Assembly: GCA_051971635.1 (NCBI GenBank) | Contig: JBFPLN010000005.1 | Location: 32,001 to 96,000 of the forward strand | Length of the DNA: 64,000 bases | Source: Candidatus Atelocyanobacterium thalassae | GTDB lineage: Bacteria > Cyanobacteriota > Cyanobacteriia > Cyanobacteriales > Microcystaceae | Reading direction: 5' to 3' | Shown: one piece after another, positions 11,574 to 23,061 of the stretch | Numbering within the stretch: the stretch's first letter is position 1 | Layout of the letters: every line of letters starts with the position of its first letter | The notes under the pieces: generated by a model | Seen by the model: only the letters and a program-made list of their open reading frames with translations | Databases searched by the model: none | What the model was told of the DNA's origin: nothing | Position numbers and translations under genes: made by a program

Positions 11574-12002
11574 TTTTAATTATTAAAGTAAATAAAAAAT
11601 ATGTACAAGATTTGTAACTCAAAAATATTCTTGGATAATACTCTAAATATGGGAAGTTTTCTTTACTAAGATGATTAATTAGATTGTGGATTTCTTATCT
11701 ATTAATTTGATGATTATTAAAAGACTTATATTGTTTCTCATAACTATAACTAGTTTGAGAATTAATATGTACATCAAATAAAACATTAAACAGGTTAACT
11801 TACTTCATTAAATTTACTAATTGACTATAATTTTAATCAGACAGATGTACATAGTCTCTTAAAAATATTAAAAAACTCATTGTTAAATAAAATATAGATT
11901 TTACAAACCTTAGTAAATATCTCAAAAAACTATTTTATCTAAAATAAAGCTTTTCAAAATAGGATACTTGTTAAATATTTTAACGCGAAAAATATATTTA
12001 TT

Positions 12003-13445
12003 ATGGATGATAAGAAATTACTGAATGTCTTGGGAGAAGAAGAGCTATTAAAAGTAAGTGCCGAAAATAGTTTAGTTCAAACTTTATCTAATGATAATTT
12101 AATAGATTCAATATCTGGTCTAGTAAATTGTGATGTATGGCAATTAATCCAAGAAATTGTCTGGGAGGCGGAAGTAAATATTTGGGATCTATATATTGTC
12201 GGTGGGATAGTTAGAGATTTATTTCTTGCGAAAAAGAATAAAGAAATATCAATACAAGATATCGACTTAGTAGTAGATGGAAAAAATTCTTCTCTCAATG
12301 TAGCTGTCGGGATAAAACTGGCAGAAATTCTAAAACAACGTCATCCAGAGGCTAGTTTGACTGTACATCATGATTTCAAAACAGCATCTTTACTTTGGAA
12401 TAAAGATGAAAAATATGGATCAATACGAATTGATATTGCGACATCAAGAACAGAAATATATCACTATCCTGCTGCAAATCCAAAAGTTCAGATAGCTTCT
12501 ATTAAAGAAGACTTATACAGGAGAGACTTTACCATAAATGCTTTAGCAATAAAATTGACATTTCCTGATAAAGGAAAACTATTGGATTTATTTATGGGTT
12601 TACTAGATCTAGAAAAAGCTCAAATAAAAGTGTTGCATCCCAATAGTTTTATTGAAGATCCTACTAGAATTTATAGAGCAGTCAAATTTGCTACACGTCT
12701 TAACTTTAGTATTGAGCCTTACACCATACAATGTATTTATAATGCAACCAAGAGTGGCATCCACGATAAAATTAAACTAGAAACAAGTATTATTCCTGGC
12801 TTAACTATACGTCTTAAAAATGAGTTGAAATCTATTTTAGATACTAATTATTGGAGAGTCTCTCTAGAATTACTATCCCGTTTTGGTGCTTTATGTTATC
12901 TATGCCCTAGATTTGTGTTGAGTTACGAAATATTATGGCAAATGCGCTATGCTGCTAGATTAATTAAATATATTGATTTCCGCGACAAAATAGCACAATG
13001 GTTAATTCTGCTAGAAATATTATTGTCTTCAATCCCCCTAGAAGAAAGAAATTTTATTGCTACTAACTTACAACTTCCTTTTGAAAGCATAGTAAGATTA
13101 TCAAAAATAAGAAGTATTAATAAAAAGATAAATAGAGAACTATTAGATCATTGTAAAGTCAGCGATAAAGTCAGGTTATTGAGAAAGTTCAATTGTATAG
13201 AATTAATATTAGTTGCAATACAGTCTAAAAAAGAAGTTCGCTATTTTATTTGGCAATATCTCACAGAATTTTCAAAAATGAGTTCTCCTTTAAGTGGTTA
13301 TGACCTAAAAAATATGGGGTATTTACCAGGGCCAAAATATAAAAAAGTTCTCAACAAGTTATTAGATAAAACTCTAGATGGAGAAATCAGGACAAAACAG
13401 GAAGCAAAAATAATAGCTCAACAGACAATGAAAAGACTTGATTAA
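12003..13445 (+). CDS. tRNA nucleotidyltransferase (class II; probably the A-adding type)
   Basis: YIVGGIVRDL, DIDLVV, DIATSRTE.Y.YPAANP, DLYRRDFTINALA and SFIEDPTRIYRAVKFATRL motifs. Confidence 0.88.
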   Translation: MDDKKLLNVLGEEELLKVSAENSLVQTLSNDNLIDSISGLVNCDVWQLIQEIVWEAEVNIWDLYIVGGIVRDLFLAKKNKEISIQDIDLVVDGKNSSLNVAVGIKLAEILKQRHPEASLTVHHDFKTASLLWNKDEKYGSIRIDIATSRTEIYHYPAANPKVQIASIKEDLYRRDFTINALAIKLTFPDKGKLLDLFMGLLDLEKAQIKVLHPNSFIEDPTRIYRAVKFATRLNFSIEPYTIQCIYNATKSGIHDKIKLETSIIPGLTIRLKNELKSILDTNYWRVSLELLSRFGALCYLCPRFVLSYEILWQMRYAARLIKYIDFRDKIAQWLILLEILLSSIPLEERNFIATNLQLPFESIVRLSKIRSINKKINRELLDHCKVSDKVRLLRKFNCIELILVAIQSKKEVRYFIWQYLTEFSKMSSPLSGYDLKNMGYLPGPKYKKVLNKLLDKTLDGEIRTKQEAKIIAQQTMKRLD

Positions 13446-14006
13446 TTAGTTGTAGTTATGAAACGTAATATATTTATTTAAATTTTGATAATATTTTTTT
13501 AGCTAATGTCCAAAAGTAATATCTTAATTAACTATTACGGTCAATACACTATAATTGAAAAATATGGGTTATTTACATTGACAATTATTTTTTCTTTCAT
13601 AGATTATATCTTATAGTTTAATTAAATATTCTGGATACTTTAATATCAGCTTTTATAGAAATAAGAAGTAACTATTTATGAATATTAAATAGAGATAATC
13701 TAAGTTATATAAAAAAATCTGTATATGTTTAAATGAAACTTACTAGCTTATAATTTAAAAAATTCATTTTTTAATTAAGATTAAAATACATCATAAAAAT
13801 ATATTTTTAGATTTATATTTGTTGTAAAATTTTCTCTGAAATTAGTTTAATTTTTTATAATATTTAATTTTAGAATTAAATATTATTTTCGTAGTTATTC
13901 ATATAAGCTTATAAGCTAGCTCGAAAAAGTTTACCGATTTTGATATTATTAACTTTAGCTTCAACAAATATTATTTAATTTTGACGATATAACTATATTA
14001 ACTACT

Positions 14007-14276
14007 ATGGAAAATATACAACTCATTAATATCGGGTTTGGTAATATTGTGTCTGCTAATCGAATAATTTCTATAGTTAGCCCAGATTCTGCTCCAATCA
14101 AACGTATTGTTACTGATGCAAGAGATAGAGGGCAGCTTGTCGATGCTACATATGGTCGCCGCACACGTGCTGTTATTGTCACAGATTCTAGCCATGTTAT
14201 TTTATCTGCTATACAGCCGGAGACCATAGCTCATCGTTTTATTCTTGGTAAGGAAAATACTATTAACGGTAATTAG
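14007..14276 (+). CDS. remA: RemA/DUF370 family protein
   Basis: [15 protein letters not shown]...[12 protein letters not shown]; conserved position upstream of gmk. Confidence 0.9.
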   Translation: MENIQLINIGFGNIVSANRIISIVSPDSAPIKRIVTDARDRGQLVDATYGRRTRAVIVTDSSHVILSAIQPETIAHRFILGKENTINGN

Positions 14277-14297
14277 TAATTAATTTTTTTGTTTTTT

Positions 14298-14852
14298 ATG
14301 ATATCAGGCAACCTTATTGTATTAACTGGTCCCAGTGGTGTAGGAAAAGGAACATTAGTACGTGCTCTATTAAGTCGTCATCCAAAACTTTATTTATCAA
14401 TCTCTGCGACGACTCGTTCTCCACGTTCTGGTGAAATTGATGGTAAAGATTATTATTTTATTGGTAAAGTAGAGTTTGAAAATATGATTCAGCAAAACCA
14501 ATTGCTAGAATGGGCCAAATATGCTGACAACTATTACGGAACCCCGCGTATTGATGTTCAAGAAAGAATAAGTAAAGGATTTATTGTTCTTTTAGAGATA
14601 GAAGTTGCTGGGGCAGAAGCAATTAAAAAAACTTTTGCTAATGCTTTGAGAGTTTTTATACTACCACCTTCTCTTGCAGAGTTAGAAAGTCGTTTGAGGG
14701 GTAGGGCGACTGATTCCGAACAAGCTATTACAAAGCGTCTCGAACTTGCAAAAGAAGAATTAGCGGTTAGCCAAAGATTTGATAAGGTAATTATTAACAA
14801 CAATTTAGAAACAACATTAAAACAACTAGAATTAATTATTTTTTCTGCATAA
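14298..14852 (+). CDS. gmk: Guanylate kinase
   Basis: GPSGVGKGT, SATTRSPR and YYGTP motifs; ATG at 14298 preferred over TTG at 14289. Confidence 0.97.
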   Translation: MISGNLIVLTGPSGVGKGTLVRALLSRHPKLYLSISATTRSPRSGEIDGKDYYFIGKVEFENMIQQNQLLEWAKYADNYYGTPRIDVQERISKGFIVLLEIEVAGAEAIKKTFANALRVFILPPSLAELESRLRGRATDSEQAITKRLELAKEELAVSQRFDKVIINNNLETTLKQLELIIFSA

Positions 14853-14880
14853 AGATTTAATTGTTTATCAATGGTTAAAA

Positions 14881-15906
14881 CTACTTATTTTGTGAGGCCC
14901 TTAACTGTCCACAAGCAGCATGTGTTTCAATCCCTCTGGAATATCTAATACTTGCAGGAATTCCATATTTTTCGAGTTGATTGCAAAAAGCTTTAATTCT
15001 TTGAGAGGAGGAACGTTTATATGTAACTTCCTCAATGGGATTATAAGGAATTAAATTAACGTGATTTTGAAAGCCTTTAAGTAGTTTAGCTAATTCTACC
15101 GCCTGTTCTAATGAATCATTGATTTTCTCCAAGAGTATATACTCGAATGTTAGTCTTCTCTTTGTTATTTCAACATATTTTTTACAATCATTTAGTAAGC
15201 TTGATAAAGGATAAGATTTAGAGGTAGGGATTAGTTGTTCTCTTAATGTTTGGTTAGAAGCATGAAGACTAACAGCAAAAGTAATCTGTAGTCTATGATT
15301 AGCAAATTCTAAAATTTTATTAGGGATTCCAACTGTAGAAACAGTTAAAGACCGTTGCCCTATACCTATATCTTGATTAATTATTTTTATTGCTTTTATT
15401 ACTTCTTTTATATTTAGTAAAGGTTCTCCCATACCCATAAATACTACATGACTGACTCTTTGTTCAAAACCTTCTTGGACAGTTAAGATTTGATCTACAA
15501 TCTCTGCACAGGTTAAATTTCTTTTAAAACCTCCTTTTCCAGTTGCACAAAAATCACATCTCATAGGACATCCAACTTGCGAAGACACGCAAACAGTTAA
15601 TCGTTTGGGAGTTGGAATTCCTACAGTTTCTATTATTGAATCATCTTTTAAACTTAGTAAATATTTTTGGGTTTTATCTGGAGCAACTATAAGGTCATGA
15701 ATATTAGAACGGCCAATAGGATAGTCCTCCAGCTCCTTTCTCCAGCTTTTAGGAAATACTGAGATATCTGTTAGTGATCTAATACCTTTATGATATAGCC
15801 ACTGATGAAGTTGTTTTCCACGATAGTTAGGTTGTCCATGCAGTTCAACCCACTTAGTTAACTCTTCTATAGATTTACCCAGTAATGTTTCTTCTTGTGA
15901 TTGCAT
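14881..15906 (-). CDS. rlmN: 23S rRNA (adenine-2503-C2)-methyltransferase RlmN
   Basis: [25 protein letters not shown] and AACGQL motifs. Confidence 0.97.
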   Translation of the reverse strand: MQSQEETLLGKSIEELTKWVELHGQPNYRGKQLHQWLYHKGIRSLTDISVFPKSWRKELEDYPIGRSNIHDLIVAPDKTQKYLLSLKDDSIIETVGIPTPKRLTVCVSSQVGCPMRCDFCATGKGGFKRNLTCAEIVDQILTVQEGFEQRVSHVVFMGMGEPLLNIKEVIKAIKIINQDIGIGQRSLTVSTVGIPNKILEFANHRLQITFAVSLHASNQTLREQLIPTSKSYPLSSLLNDCKKYVEITKRRLTFEYILLEKINDSLEQAVELAKLLKGFQNHVNLIPYNPIEEVTYKRSSSQRIKAFCNQLEKYGIPASIRYSRGIETHAACGQLRASQNK

Positions 15907-16249
15907 AAAAAATTTGTAGAACTAAATGACTTTATTAAGATTAAATATATCTGTATTAAAGTTGATTGATGAATTATATCAATAATAAGTTTCTTGATAA
16001 TATATACCACTTCAAAGTAAACAAGCTAAAAGTATAAACTTAATTTAGTACCAAAAGCTTGCGTATCATACATATGAGGAAAAATACTACTTGCTGATTA
16101 TTAATATAAAAGTTATTATTGATTAAGGTTTAAATTATTTACTATTTGCTTTTGTTTTAAAGATTTTAAAATGTGTTGGATTATTAGCTGCAGTAAATTA
16201 AACCTATAACGTTAATGCTAAAAATATACTCCAGCTATTTACCTCAGAA

Positions 16250-17842
16250 ATGAACTTTAGGATAGCAATGATGAAAACACAGCGCATTTTATACTGCCGC
16301 CTTCCTTGTAATCCGATTTTTCCTATTGGTATAGTTTATTTATCAGATCATGTACATAAATTATTTCCTGAGATCAAGCAAAAAATTCTTGATCTTGGAA
16401 CAGTACCTCCATTAGATTTTAAAAAAACTTTAAAAAATTGTATTGATGAATTTCAGCCTACCTTACTTATATTTTCATGGAGAGATATTCAGATTTACGC
16501 TCCTGTAGGAGGTAGAAGTGGTAATCCTTTACAAAATGCTTTTGAAGTATACTACTCACAAAATATTTTTACTCGACTAAGAGGGGCATTAGGTGGTCTA
16601 AGGGTAGTTAAGGATTATTACAGTGAACTGTGGAGAAATATTAATTTAATTAAATTAGGTTTTAAGCAAGCACAAAAGTATTGCTCAGAGGTAAAACTGA
16701 TAGTTGGCGGTGGTGCTGCAAGTGTCTTTTATGAACAAGTACAGTACTATCTTCCTAATGGAACTATTATTTCAGTTGGTGAAGGCGAAGGTTTATTACA
16801 AAAACTGTTAAGTAATCAAGATTTCTCTAGTGAAAGATGTTATGTGATAGGAGAAGGTAAACCTCGTGAAAAATTAATTCATGAGTTTCCCGACCCTTTA
16901 TATAAAACAGCTTGTGATTATGACTATATAGAAACTATTTGGGATGAGTTTAATTACTACTTTGAAGAAAGTGATTTCTATATTGGTGTACAGACTAAAC
17001 GAGGTTGTCCTCATAATTGTTGCTATTGTGTTTATACAGTTGTTGAAGGCAAACAAGTTCGGATTAATCCTGTTAACGAAGTAATCAAAGAGATGAGTCA
17101 GCTCTATAAAAGAGGAATTCGAAATTTTTGGTTTACGGATGCACAGTTTATACCTGCTCGTAAATTCATTAAAGATGCAGAAGAGTTATTAGAAGAAATT
17201 ATTGAATCTGGAATGATAGATATTAATTGGGCAGCATATATTAGAGCAGATAATTTAACTCCAAAACTATGCAGTCTTATGGTAAGGACAGGGATAAGTT
17301 ATTTCGAAATTGGTATTACTAGCGGTTCACAAGAGCTAGTTAGAAAGATGCGTATGGGATATAATTTAAAGACTGTTTTAGAAAACTGTCGTTCTTTAAA
17401 GGATGCAGGTTTTAATAGTCTCGTTTCTGTTAACTATTCTTTTAATGTCATTGATGAAACATTTGATACTATTCGTCAAACTATTGCATACCATAGAAAT
17501 TTGGAAGAAATTTTTGGAAAAGACAAAGTTGAACCAGCCATTTTCTTTATTGGTTTACAGCCTCATACACATCTAGAAGAATATGCATTTAAACACAACA
17601 TTTTGAAGCCTGGATATAATCCAATGAGCCTAATGCCTTGGACTGCAAGAAAACTCTTATGGAATCCTGAACCATTAGGAAGCTTTTTTGGAGAGGTTTG
17701 TTTACAAGCATGGAAAAAGAATCCTAATGATTTTGGTAGAGAAGTGATGAATATTTTGGAACATAAATTAGGAAAATCTAAAATAGAACAGGCATTATCT
17801 TCACCAATAGTTTCTGAAAACAAACACTTATCTCAAGTATGA
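16250..17842 (+). CDS. B12-binding radical SAM protein (Slr0320-like, 'PSII high-light acclimation' family)
   Basis: CxxxCxxC in RGCPHNCCYC; N-terminal RLPCNPIFPIG and FSWRDIQIYAPVGGR typical of this cyanobacterial family as recalled. Confidence 0.8.
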   Translation: MNFRIAMMKTQRILYCRLPCNPIFPIGIVYLSDHVHKLFPEIKQKILDLGTVPPLDFKKTLKNCIDEFQPTLLIFSWRDIQIYAPVGGRSGNPLQNAFEVYYSQNIFTRLRGALGGLRVVKDYYSELWRNINLIKLGFKQAQKYCSEVKLIVGGGAASVFYEQVQYYLPNGTIISVGEGEGLLQKLLSNQDFSSERCYVIGEGKPREKLIHEFPDPLYKTACDYDYIETIWDEFNYYFEESDFYIGVQTKRGCPHNCCYCVYTVVEGKQVRINPVNEVIKEMSQLYKRGIRNFWFTDAQFIPARKFIKDAEELLEEIIESGMIDINWAAYIRADNLTPKLCSLMVRTGISYFEIGITSGSQELVRKMRMGYNLKTVLENCRSLKDAGFNSLVSVNYSFNVIDETFDTIRQTIAYHRNLEEIFGKDKVEPAIFFIGLQPHTHLEEYAFKHNILKPGYNPMSLMPWTARKLLWNPEPLGSFFGEVCLQAWKKNPNDFGREVMNILEHKLGKSKIEQALSSPIVSENKHLSQV

Positions 17843-18050
17843 GTAGAAATTATTTATAAGTGATACGTAGATGTTATCTATTCTGTTTTTAGTTTAAAAT
17901 TTATCAACTTACTAACTCATATCTACTTATAGATAATTAAGTAAGCTGATAGTAAATATTTTTTATAGAAATAAAACAATATTGCAGATAGGATATGCCT
18001 ACTATTGACAAATCTTTATAAGATTCTTATCGATGAATAGCAGTACAGTC

Positions 18051-19793
18051 CTAAAATTTATCCAGTCCCTTCGCATATTGCTGTTCATAGAACTTTGCAT
18101 AATGTCCCTTCATAATCAATAATTGATCATGATTTCCTGATTCAGCTATTTGTCCATTTTCTAAAACTACTATACAGTCAGCATTCCTAACTGTGCTTAA
18201 ACGATGAGCAATAACAAAAACTGTACGGTTTTCCATAACTCTTTCTAATGCTTCTTGAACTAAAGCCTCTGATGCGGAATCTAAAGCTGATGTAGCTTCA
18301 TCTAATATCATGATACGAGGATTTAACATCACAGCTCTAGCAATTGCTATTCTTTGTTTTTGTCCTCCTGAAAGATTTACGCCTCTTTCTCCTACCCAAG
18401 TGTGATAACCTTGTGGGAACTGCATAATAAACGAATGTGCATTCGCAATTTGTGAGGCTTTTTCTATTTCTTTAAAATCTAACTGATCTTGTCCATAGGC
18501 AATGTTTTGAGCAATGGTTCCTGAAAATAGAATAGTTTCTTGAGGAACAATACCAATCTGTCGTCGCAGATTAACTATGTTTAGATCTTTAATATCTATG
18601 TCATCAATAGAAATTTTTCCCTCTTGAGGATCATAAAAGCGTGAAATTAACTTCACCAAAGTTGTCTTGCCAGCACCAGAAGATCCGACTAAGGCTATAA
18701 CTTGTCCAGGTTGCACTAATAAATCTAAATTCTTTAAAACTGGTTCATTATGTTTATAGCAAAAACTAACTTGTGAAAACTCTACTTTTCCTGATACTGT
18801 TGGTAAGGCTAAAGAGTCTTTTTTATGTTCAATTGCTGGTTGTTGATCTATTAATTCAAAAATTCTATCTACAGATGCTTCAGCTTGCTTAAATTCATTA
18901 TAGTTACTAGTAATTAAATCAATTGGCTGAAGTAATATAGCAACTGCCGCTATGTAGCTTACGAATTCTTCTGATTTTAAGTTTCCTTGAGAGATTTGCC
19001 ATCCTCCAATAAAAAATAAAAACATAATACTAACAGCTTCTAAAAATCCAACCATAGGATATTGAGTAGCTTTTAATTTTTCCGCTTTGTATCTTGCATT
19101 TCTATTATGCCTAGCTTCTTGTGAAAATCTTTCAACTTCGTAATCTTGTGCAGCAAATGCTTGTACCACGCTAACACCATTAAAAACTTCTGTAAGTAAA
19201 GACGATAAATTAGAAATTCGATTTTGACTACGGCTAGATAAAACTAACAATCTCTCTCCAAAACGGCTAACTAAAACTGCCATTAGAGGAGCTAAGATTA
19301 GGCTGGCAATAGTTAGTTGCCAGTTTAAATAAAGCATATATAAAGGAATGACAATTAATTGAAGTACATTAGAGACAAACTGATGAGATAGCTTATCGAC
19401 AATTTCTCCAATTTTATCTATATCTTCAGTTAACCTATAGGTAAGATCCCCTGTTTTTGCAGTTTCAAAATAATCTAATCCTAATTGATGTAAATGTGCA
19501 TAAGTTTTCCTACGTACATTTAAAACCATTTCTAAGGAGGCATTAATCATGAAAATATTTTGTCCATATTGAAAAATACCTCGTATTAAAAAGGCTAATG
19601 TTCCTAATCCTAACCAATAAGTAACTTCCTGAAGTTTCCCCTGACCAATATATAAGGAAACTTTTCCTGCCAAATAAGGTAGTGATAAAGTGACTAAAAC
19701 GAAGCCCAAAATACATAATAGTCCTTTAAATAGGGATGACCACTCTTCTAATAAATAAGGTAATAAACGTAACCAATTTGATTTTTTTTTCAT
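18051..19793 (-). CDS. ABC transporter permease/ATP-binding fusion (MsbA-like exporter)
   Basis: N-terminal TM domain, Walker A GSSGAGKT, signature LSGGQKQR, Walker B ILDEATS and AHRLST. Confidence 0.92.
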   Translation of the reverse strand: MKKKSNWLRLLPYLLEEWSSLFKGLLCILGFVLVTLSLPYLAGKVSLYIGQGKLQEVTYWLGLGTLAFLIRGIFQYGQNIFMINASLEMVLNVRRKTYAHLHQLGLDYFETAKTGDLTYRLTEDIDKIGEIVDKLSHQFVSNVLQLIVIPLYMLYLNWQLTIASLILAPLMAVLVSRFGERLLVLSSRSQNRISNLSSLLTEVFNGVSVVQAFAAQDYEVERFSQEARHNRNARYKAEKLKATQYPMVGFLEAVSIMFLFFIGGWQISQGNLKSEEFVSYIAAVAILLQPIDLITSNYNEFKQAEASVDRIFELIDQQPAIEHKKDSLALPTVSGKVEFSQVSFCYKHNEPVLKNLDLLVQPGQVIALVGSSGAGKTTLVKLISRFYDPQEGKISIDDIDIKDLNIVNLRRQIGIVPQETILFSGTIAQNIAYGQDQLDFKEIEKASQIANAHSFIMQFPQGYHTWVGERGVNLSGGQKQRIAIARAVMLNPRIMILDEATSALDSASEALVQEALERVMENRTVFVIAHRLSTVRNADCIVVLENGQIAESGNHDQLLIMKGHYAKFYEQQYAKGLDKF

Positions 19794-19865
19794 TTTAAAG
19801 AACTAGAACCATTTTTATTTTTTGCTAGTAAATGGCGATTTTATAATTTTTTATTCTTATAAGTA

Positions 19866-21074
19866 TTAATCATTGTCAATGCCTAAATTATTTAACAAAG
19901 AATTCGCAATTCTTATGGAAGCTCCAGGGGGTCCAAATCTCTGTTTCCCTTGTTCTATACAATCCAACAAATATTCTTTATTGTTTATGGTATCTATTAC
20001 GCATTTAGCAGCCTCTGTTAAAGTTTCTAACGATGCAGGCCCTGTTCCAATGGTTTGAGCACAACTGCCAATTAATCTCGTTTGCGCTTCAGCAAAACTA
20101 TAAGTAAACTGTGGTCCTTCTCCAGGTATTTGAATGACTGGTTTTCCAATAGCTATACCTTGGTCCACTGCCAAACCAGCCATTCCAAGCATTAAAGTAC
20201 ATTCATGCAAAATATCATTAAAAGCATCTGAGTAACATAGAATCTCTACTTTCTTCGTACCATTCTTATAAATTAATTTATTGTTATTGTACTCCCATCC
20301 CTTGCTATTAGCGATTTCTTCTAACTTGCACATTAACCTTGGAACCAAAGCTGCACGAAATTGAACCTTTGAAAAAGATGTAAGTTTGCAAATTTCTAAA
20401 ACAAAATCTAATTGCAATTTGAAGTTACGGATTGCCTCTGGTAGTCTCGAGCCAGGAAGTAAGGCTATCATAGGATCACCAGCCTTAAGATTCAAATCTT
20501 TCCCTGTAGGTTTTAGCTTATCGAGAGAAGGGATGCCACCAAATTTGGCTTTATTTATATTTTGATTTTGTAAATCTTCGGCAGTATAAGGATCTCTAGT
20601 AAATACAGTTAGGCAAAGAGGAGAACGTAAAAAAGTTCCTAAGAATGGACCTATATTTAACTTCCCTTCATAGAGAGAGGATAAACAAGAAATGAATGAA
20701 ATATAGGGGCGACCAGTCGAATAAGCAAAACCCTGAGATATTGAATCGCCTGTAGCCATAATCAAATCACAAGTAGTAGAATATTCCCAAACTTTCTGCA
20801 ATTGTCTCCAAGTTAAACTTAATAGTCCCGATTGTAAATCCTTTAAAAAGTGTAATCGATTAGTATAGGAAAAACCTCCAGATGGTATATTTTGTGTTGG
20901 TCCAATAATAGGAATACCTAGTCGACGATAAGCGTTGCCTTCCCCAACTATAGGCATTGCTGCTATTTCTATGCTTGGGCACTTTTCTAGTAAAGTTTCG
21001 ATAACATAAGATGAGTGATTATCTTCTCCATGACCATTACTGATGAATAAAATTCGTTTCGATGATGATGACAT
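19866..21074 (-). CDS. Lipid-A-disaccharide synthase-related protein (LpxB-like GT-B fold)
   Basis: ILFISNGHGED, PSGGF, LLPGSRLPEA and PGEGPQFT motifs; ATG at 21074 chosen. Confidence 0.8.
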   Translation of the reverse strand: MSSSSKRILFISNGHGEDNHSSYVIETLLEKCPSIEIAAMPIVGEGNAYRRLGIPIIGPTQNIPSGGFSYTNRLHFLKDLQSGLLSLTWRQLQKVWEYSTTCDLIMATGDSISQGFAYSTGRPYISFISCLSSLYEGKLNIGPFLGTFLRSPLCLTVFTRDPYTAEDLQNQNINKAKFGGIPSLDKLKPTGKDLNLKAGDPMIALLPGSRLPEAIRNFKLQLDFVLEICKLTSFSKVQFRAALVPRLMCKLEEIANSKGWEYNNNKLIYKNGTKKVEILCYSDAFNDILHECTLMLGMAGLAVDQGIAIGKPVIQIPGEGPQFTYSFAEAQTRLIGSCAQTIGTGPASLETLTEAAKCVIDTINNKEYLLDCIEQGKQRFGPPGASIRIANSLLNNLGIDND

Positions 21075-21767
21075 AATAATTTTTTCAGGCAATTTCTAAC
21101 AATTATTGTTTAAAACCAAATTTTAGAATTTACTAACTTTGTTTTTAAAAAGTTATCTAAATACTCTCTTGAGGAGTCTGGAAATTTATTTAGCCGATTT
21201 AAATTTTATAGAATAAAAATAACATCATAAGTTTTCTCGTTAATATATAAAAACTGAGTTTATAGCCAATTAATAATTAATAGCTATTACATTAGGTTAA
21301 TTTTTAAAACAATAATAGTTTATTTTAGTCATAATTATTAGTTAATATTAAATACGCTAAGTTAATCAGTTTATACTCAGATACGATCTTAGACTTAAAT
21401 TTTTTAAAAATTACTGAGGCTTTTTTAAAATATTATGTATAATTATTATTTATCGTTCCAAAATCATTAACAAAAAAATTTCTGAAGTAAATTTATAAAT
21501 AGCACATATTATTTTAGGAAAAAGGTAAATTTTAAAAAAATTATCTCAATTTCGTAATCAAAGCCATTTTTTTATTCACTAAGTACAAACTAACTTTGAG
21601 TTTCTGAGAAAAATAAATACAAATTAATTAGTTAATCCATACTAGCAATTCATATCTTTATCTGTGAATATAATTATCCGATGTATTGCTTTGATTAGAA
21701 AATATAGTAAGTTTCATTAAACATAAACAATATACAATATTCTTTTCACTACTTAGATTAGCTTAAA

Positions 21768-23012
21768 TTATTCAATTATCTTTGTGAAAAAATCGATAGT
21801 TTCTTTCAAAACTATAATAAACTTATCTACTTCTTCAAAGGTATTATAAAAATATAAACTTGCCCTAGCACTTCCTGATACTTTTAATAAGCGATGTAAA
21901 GGTTGAGTACAATGATCCCCAGAACGAATAGCAATTCCTTCATGATCTAATAACGTTGATAAGTCACTGCCATGTATTCCGTCTACATTAAATGATGCTA
22001 ACGCAGCTCTTCCTGTACCATTCTTAATTTGTTTTACTCCATAAGTCCTGAGGTTTGGAATTTCTTCTAGTCGTTGAAACAAGTAATTTGATAACTGTTC
22101 TTCACAGGAATGAATAGTATTCATCCCTATGTCTGTTAAGTAATCAATAGCCTTCCCTAAAGCTATTGCCTCTGCTATCGCTGGAGTACCTGCTTCAAAC
22201 TTATGAGGTAATTCTCCATAAGTAAAGTGATCAAAAAATACTTCATCAATCATTTCCCCTCCTCCTAAGAATGGAGGCATTGACTCTAAAACTTTACGTT
22301 TCCCATATAAAAAGCCAATACCAGAAGGACCACACATCTTATGGCCACTTACTACTAACCAATCACAATCAATATGTTGTACATCAACTGGAGTATGAGG
22401 AACACTTTGGCACGCGTCGATTAACACTTTAGCTCCAATATTATGAGATAGTCTAGTTATTTCTTCAATTGGATTTATGCAACCTAGCATATTAGAAATA
22501 TGAACTACAGAAACTAACTTAGTTTTCTCAGACAACATTGATTTAAAATAATCTAAGTCAAGATCTTCATTCTCTGTTAGTTGAATGTACTTTATATTGG
22601 CTCCTGTCTTCTTAGCTATCATCTGCCATGGAACTAAGTTACTATGATGTTCCATTACAGAAGTTAATATTTCATCTCCCTGTTTCAGGTTACTCAGTCC
22701 CCAGCTATAAGCAACCAAGTTAATAGCTTCTGTCGCATTCCGTGTAAAAACTATTTCCTCTCGACAGTTTGCATTAATGAATTTCGCAACCTTATCGCGA
22801 GATGCCTCGTAAGATTCTGTTGCTTTAATACTTAAAGTATGGACACCACGATGAACATTAGCATTATCTTTTTCATAGTAATGACGCAAAGTGTCAAGAA
22901 CAACTGAAGGTTTCTGAGAAGTTGCCGCACTATCTAAATAAATTAAAGGCTTACCTTTTATAGTCTGCTTTAAGAGTGGAAAGTCATCCCGAATATTTTG
23001 AATTAAAGTCAT
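21768..23012 (-). CDS. sufS: Cysteine desulfurase SufS
   Basis: [19 protein letters not shown] (PLP lysine) and RSGDHCTQP; last gene of the suf operon. Confidence 0.96.
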   Translation of the reverse strand: MTLIQNIRDDFPLLKQTIKGKPLIYLDSAATSQKPSVVLDTLRHYYEKDNANVHRGVHTLSIKATESYEASRDKVAKFINANCREEIVFTRNATEAINLVAYSWGLSNLKQGDEILTSVMEHHSNLVPWQMIAKKTGANIKYIQLTENEDLDLDYFKSMLSEKTKLVSVVHISNMLGCINPIEEITRLSHNIGAKVLIDACQSVPHTPVDVQHIDCDWLVVSGHKMCGPSGIGFLYGKRKVLESMPPFLGGGEMIDEVFFDHFTYGELPHKFEAGTPAIAEAIALGKAIDYLTDIGMNTIHSCEEQLSNYLFQRLEEIPNLRTYGVKQIKNGTGRAALASFNVDGIHGSDLSTLLDHEGIAIRSGDHCTQPLHRLLKVSGSARASLYFYNTFEEVDKFIIVLKETIDFFTKIIE

Positions 23013-23061
23013 AATGAATTTACTATAAGTATTTTGCAATTAGATAATTTTTGTATAGAAA

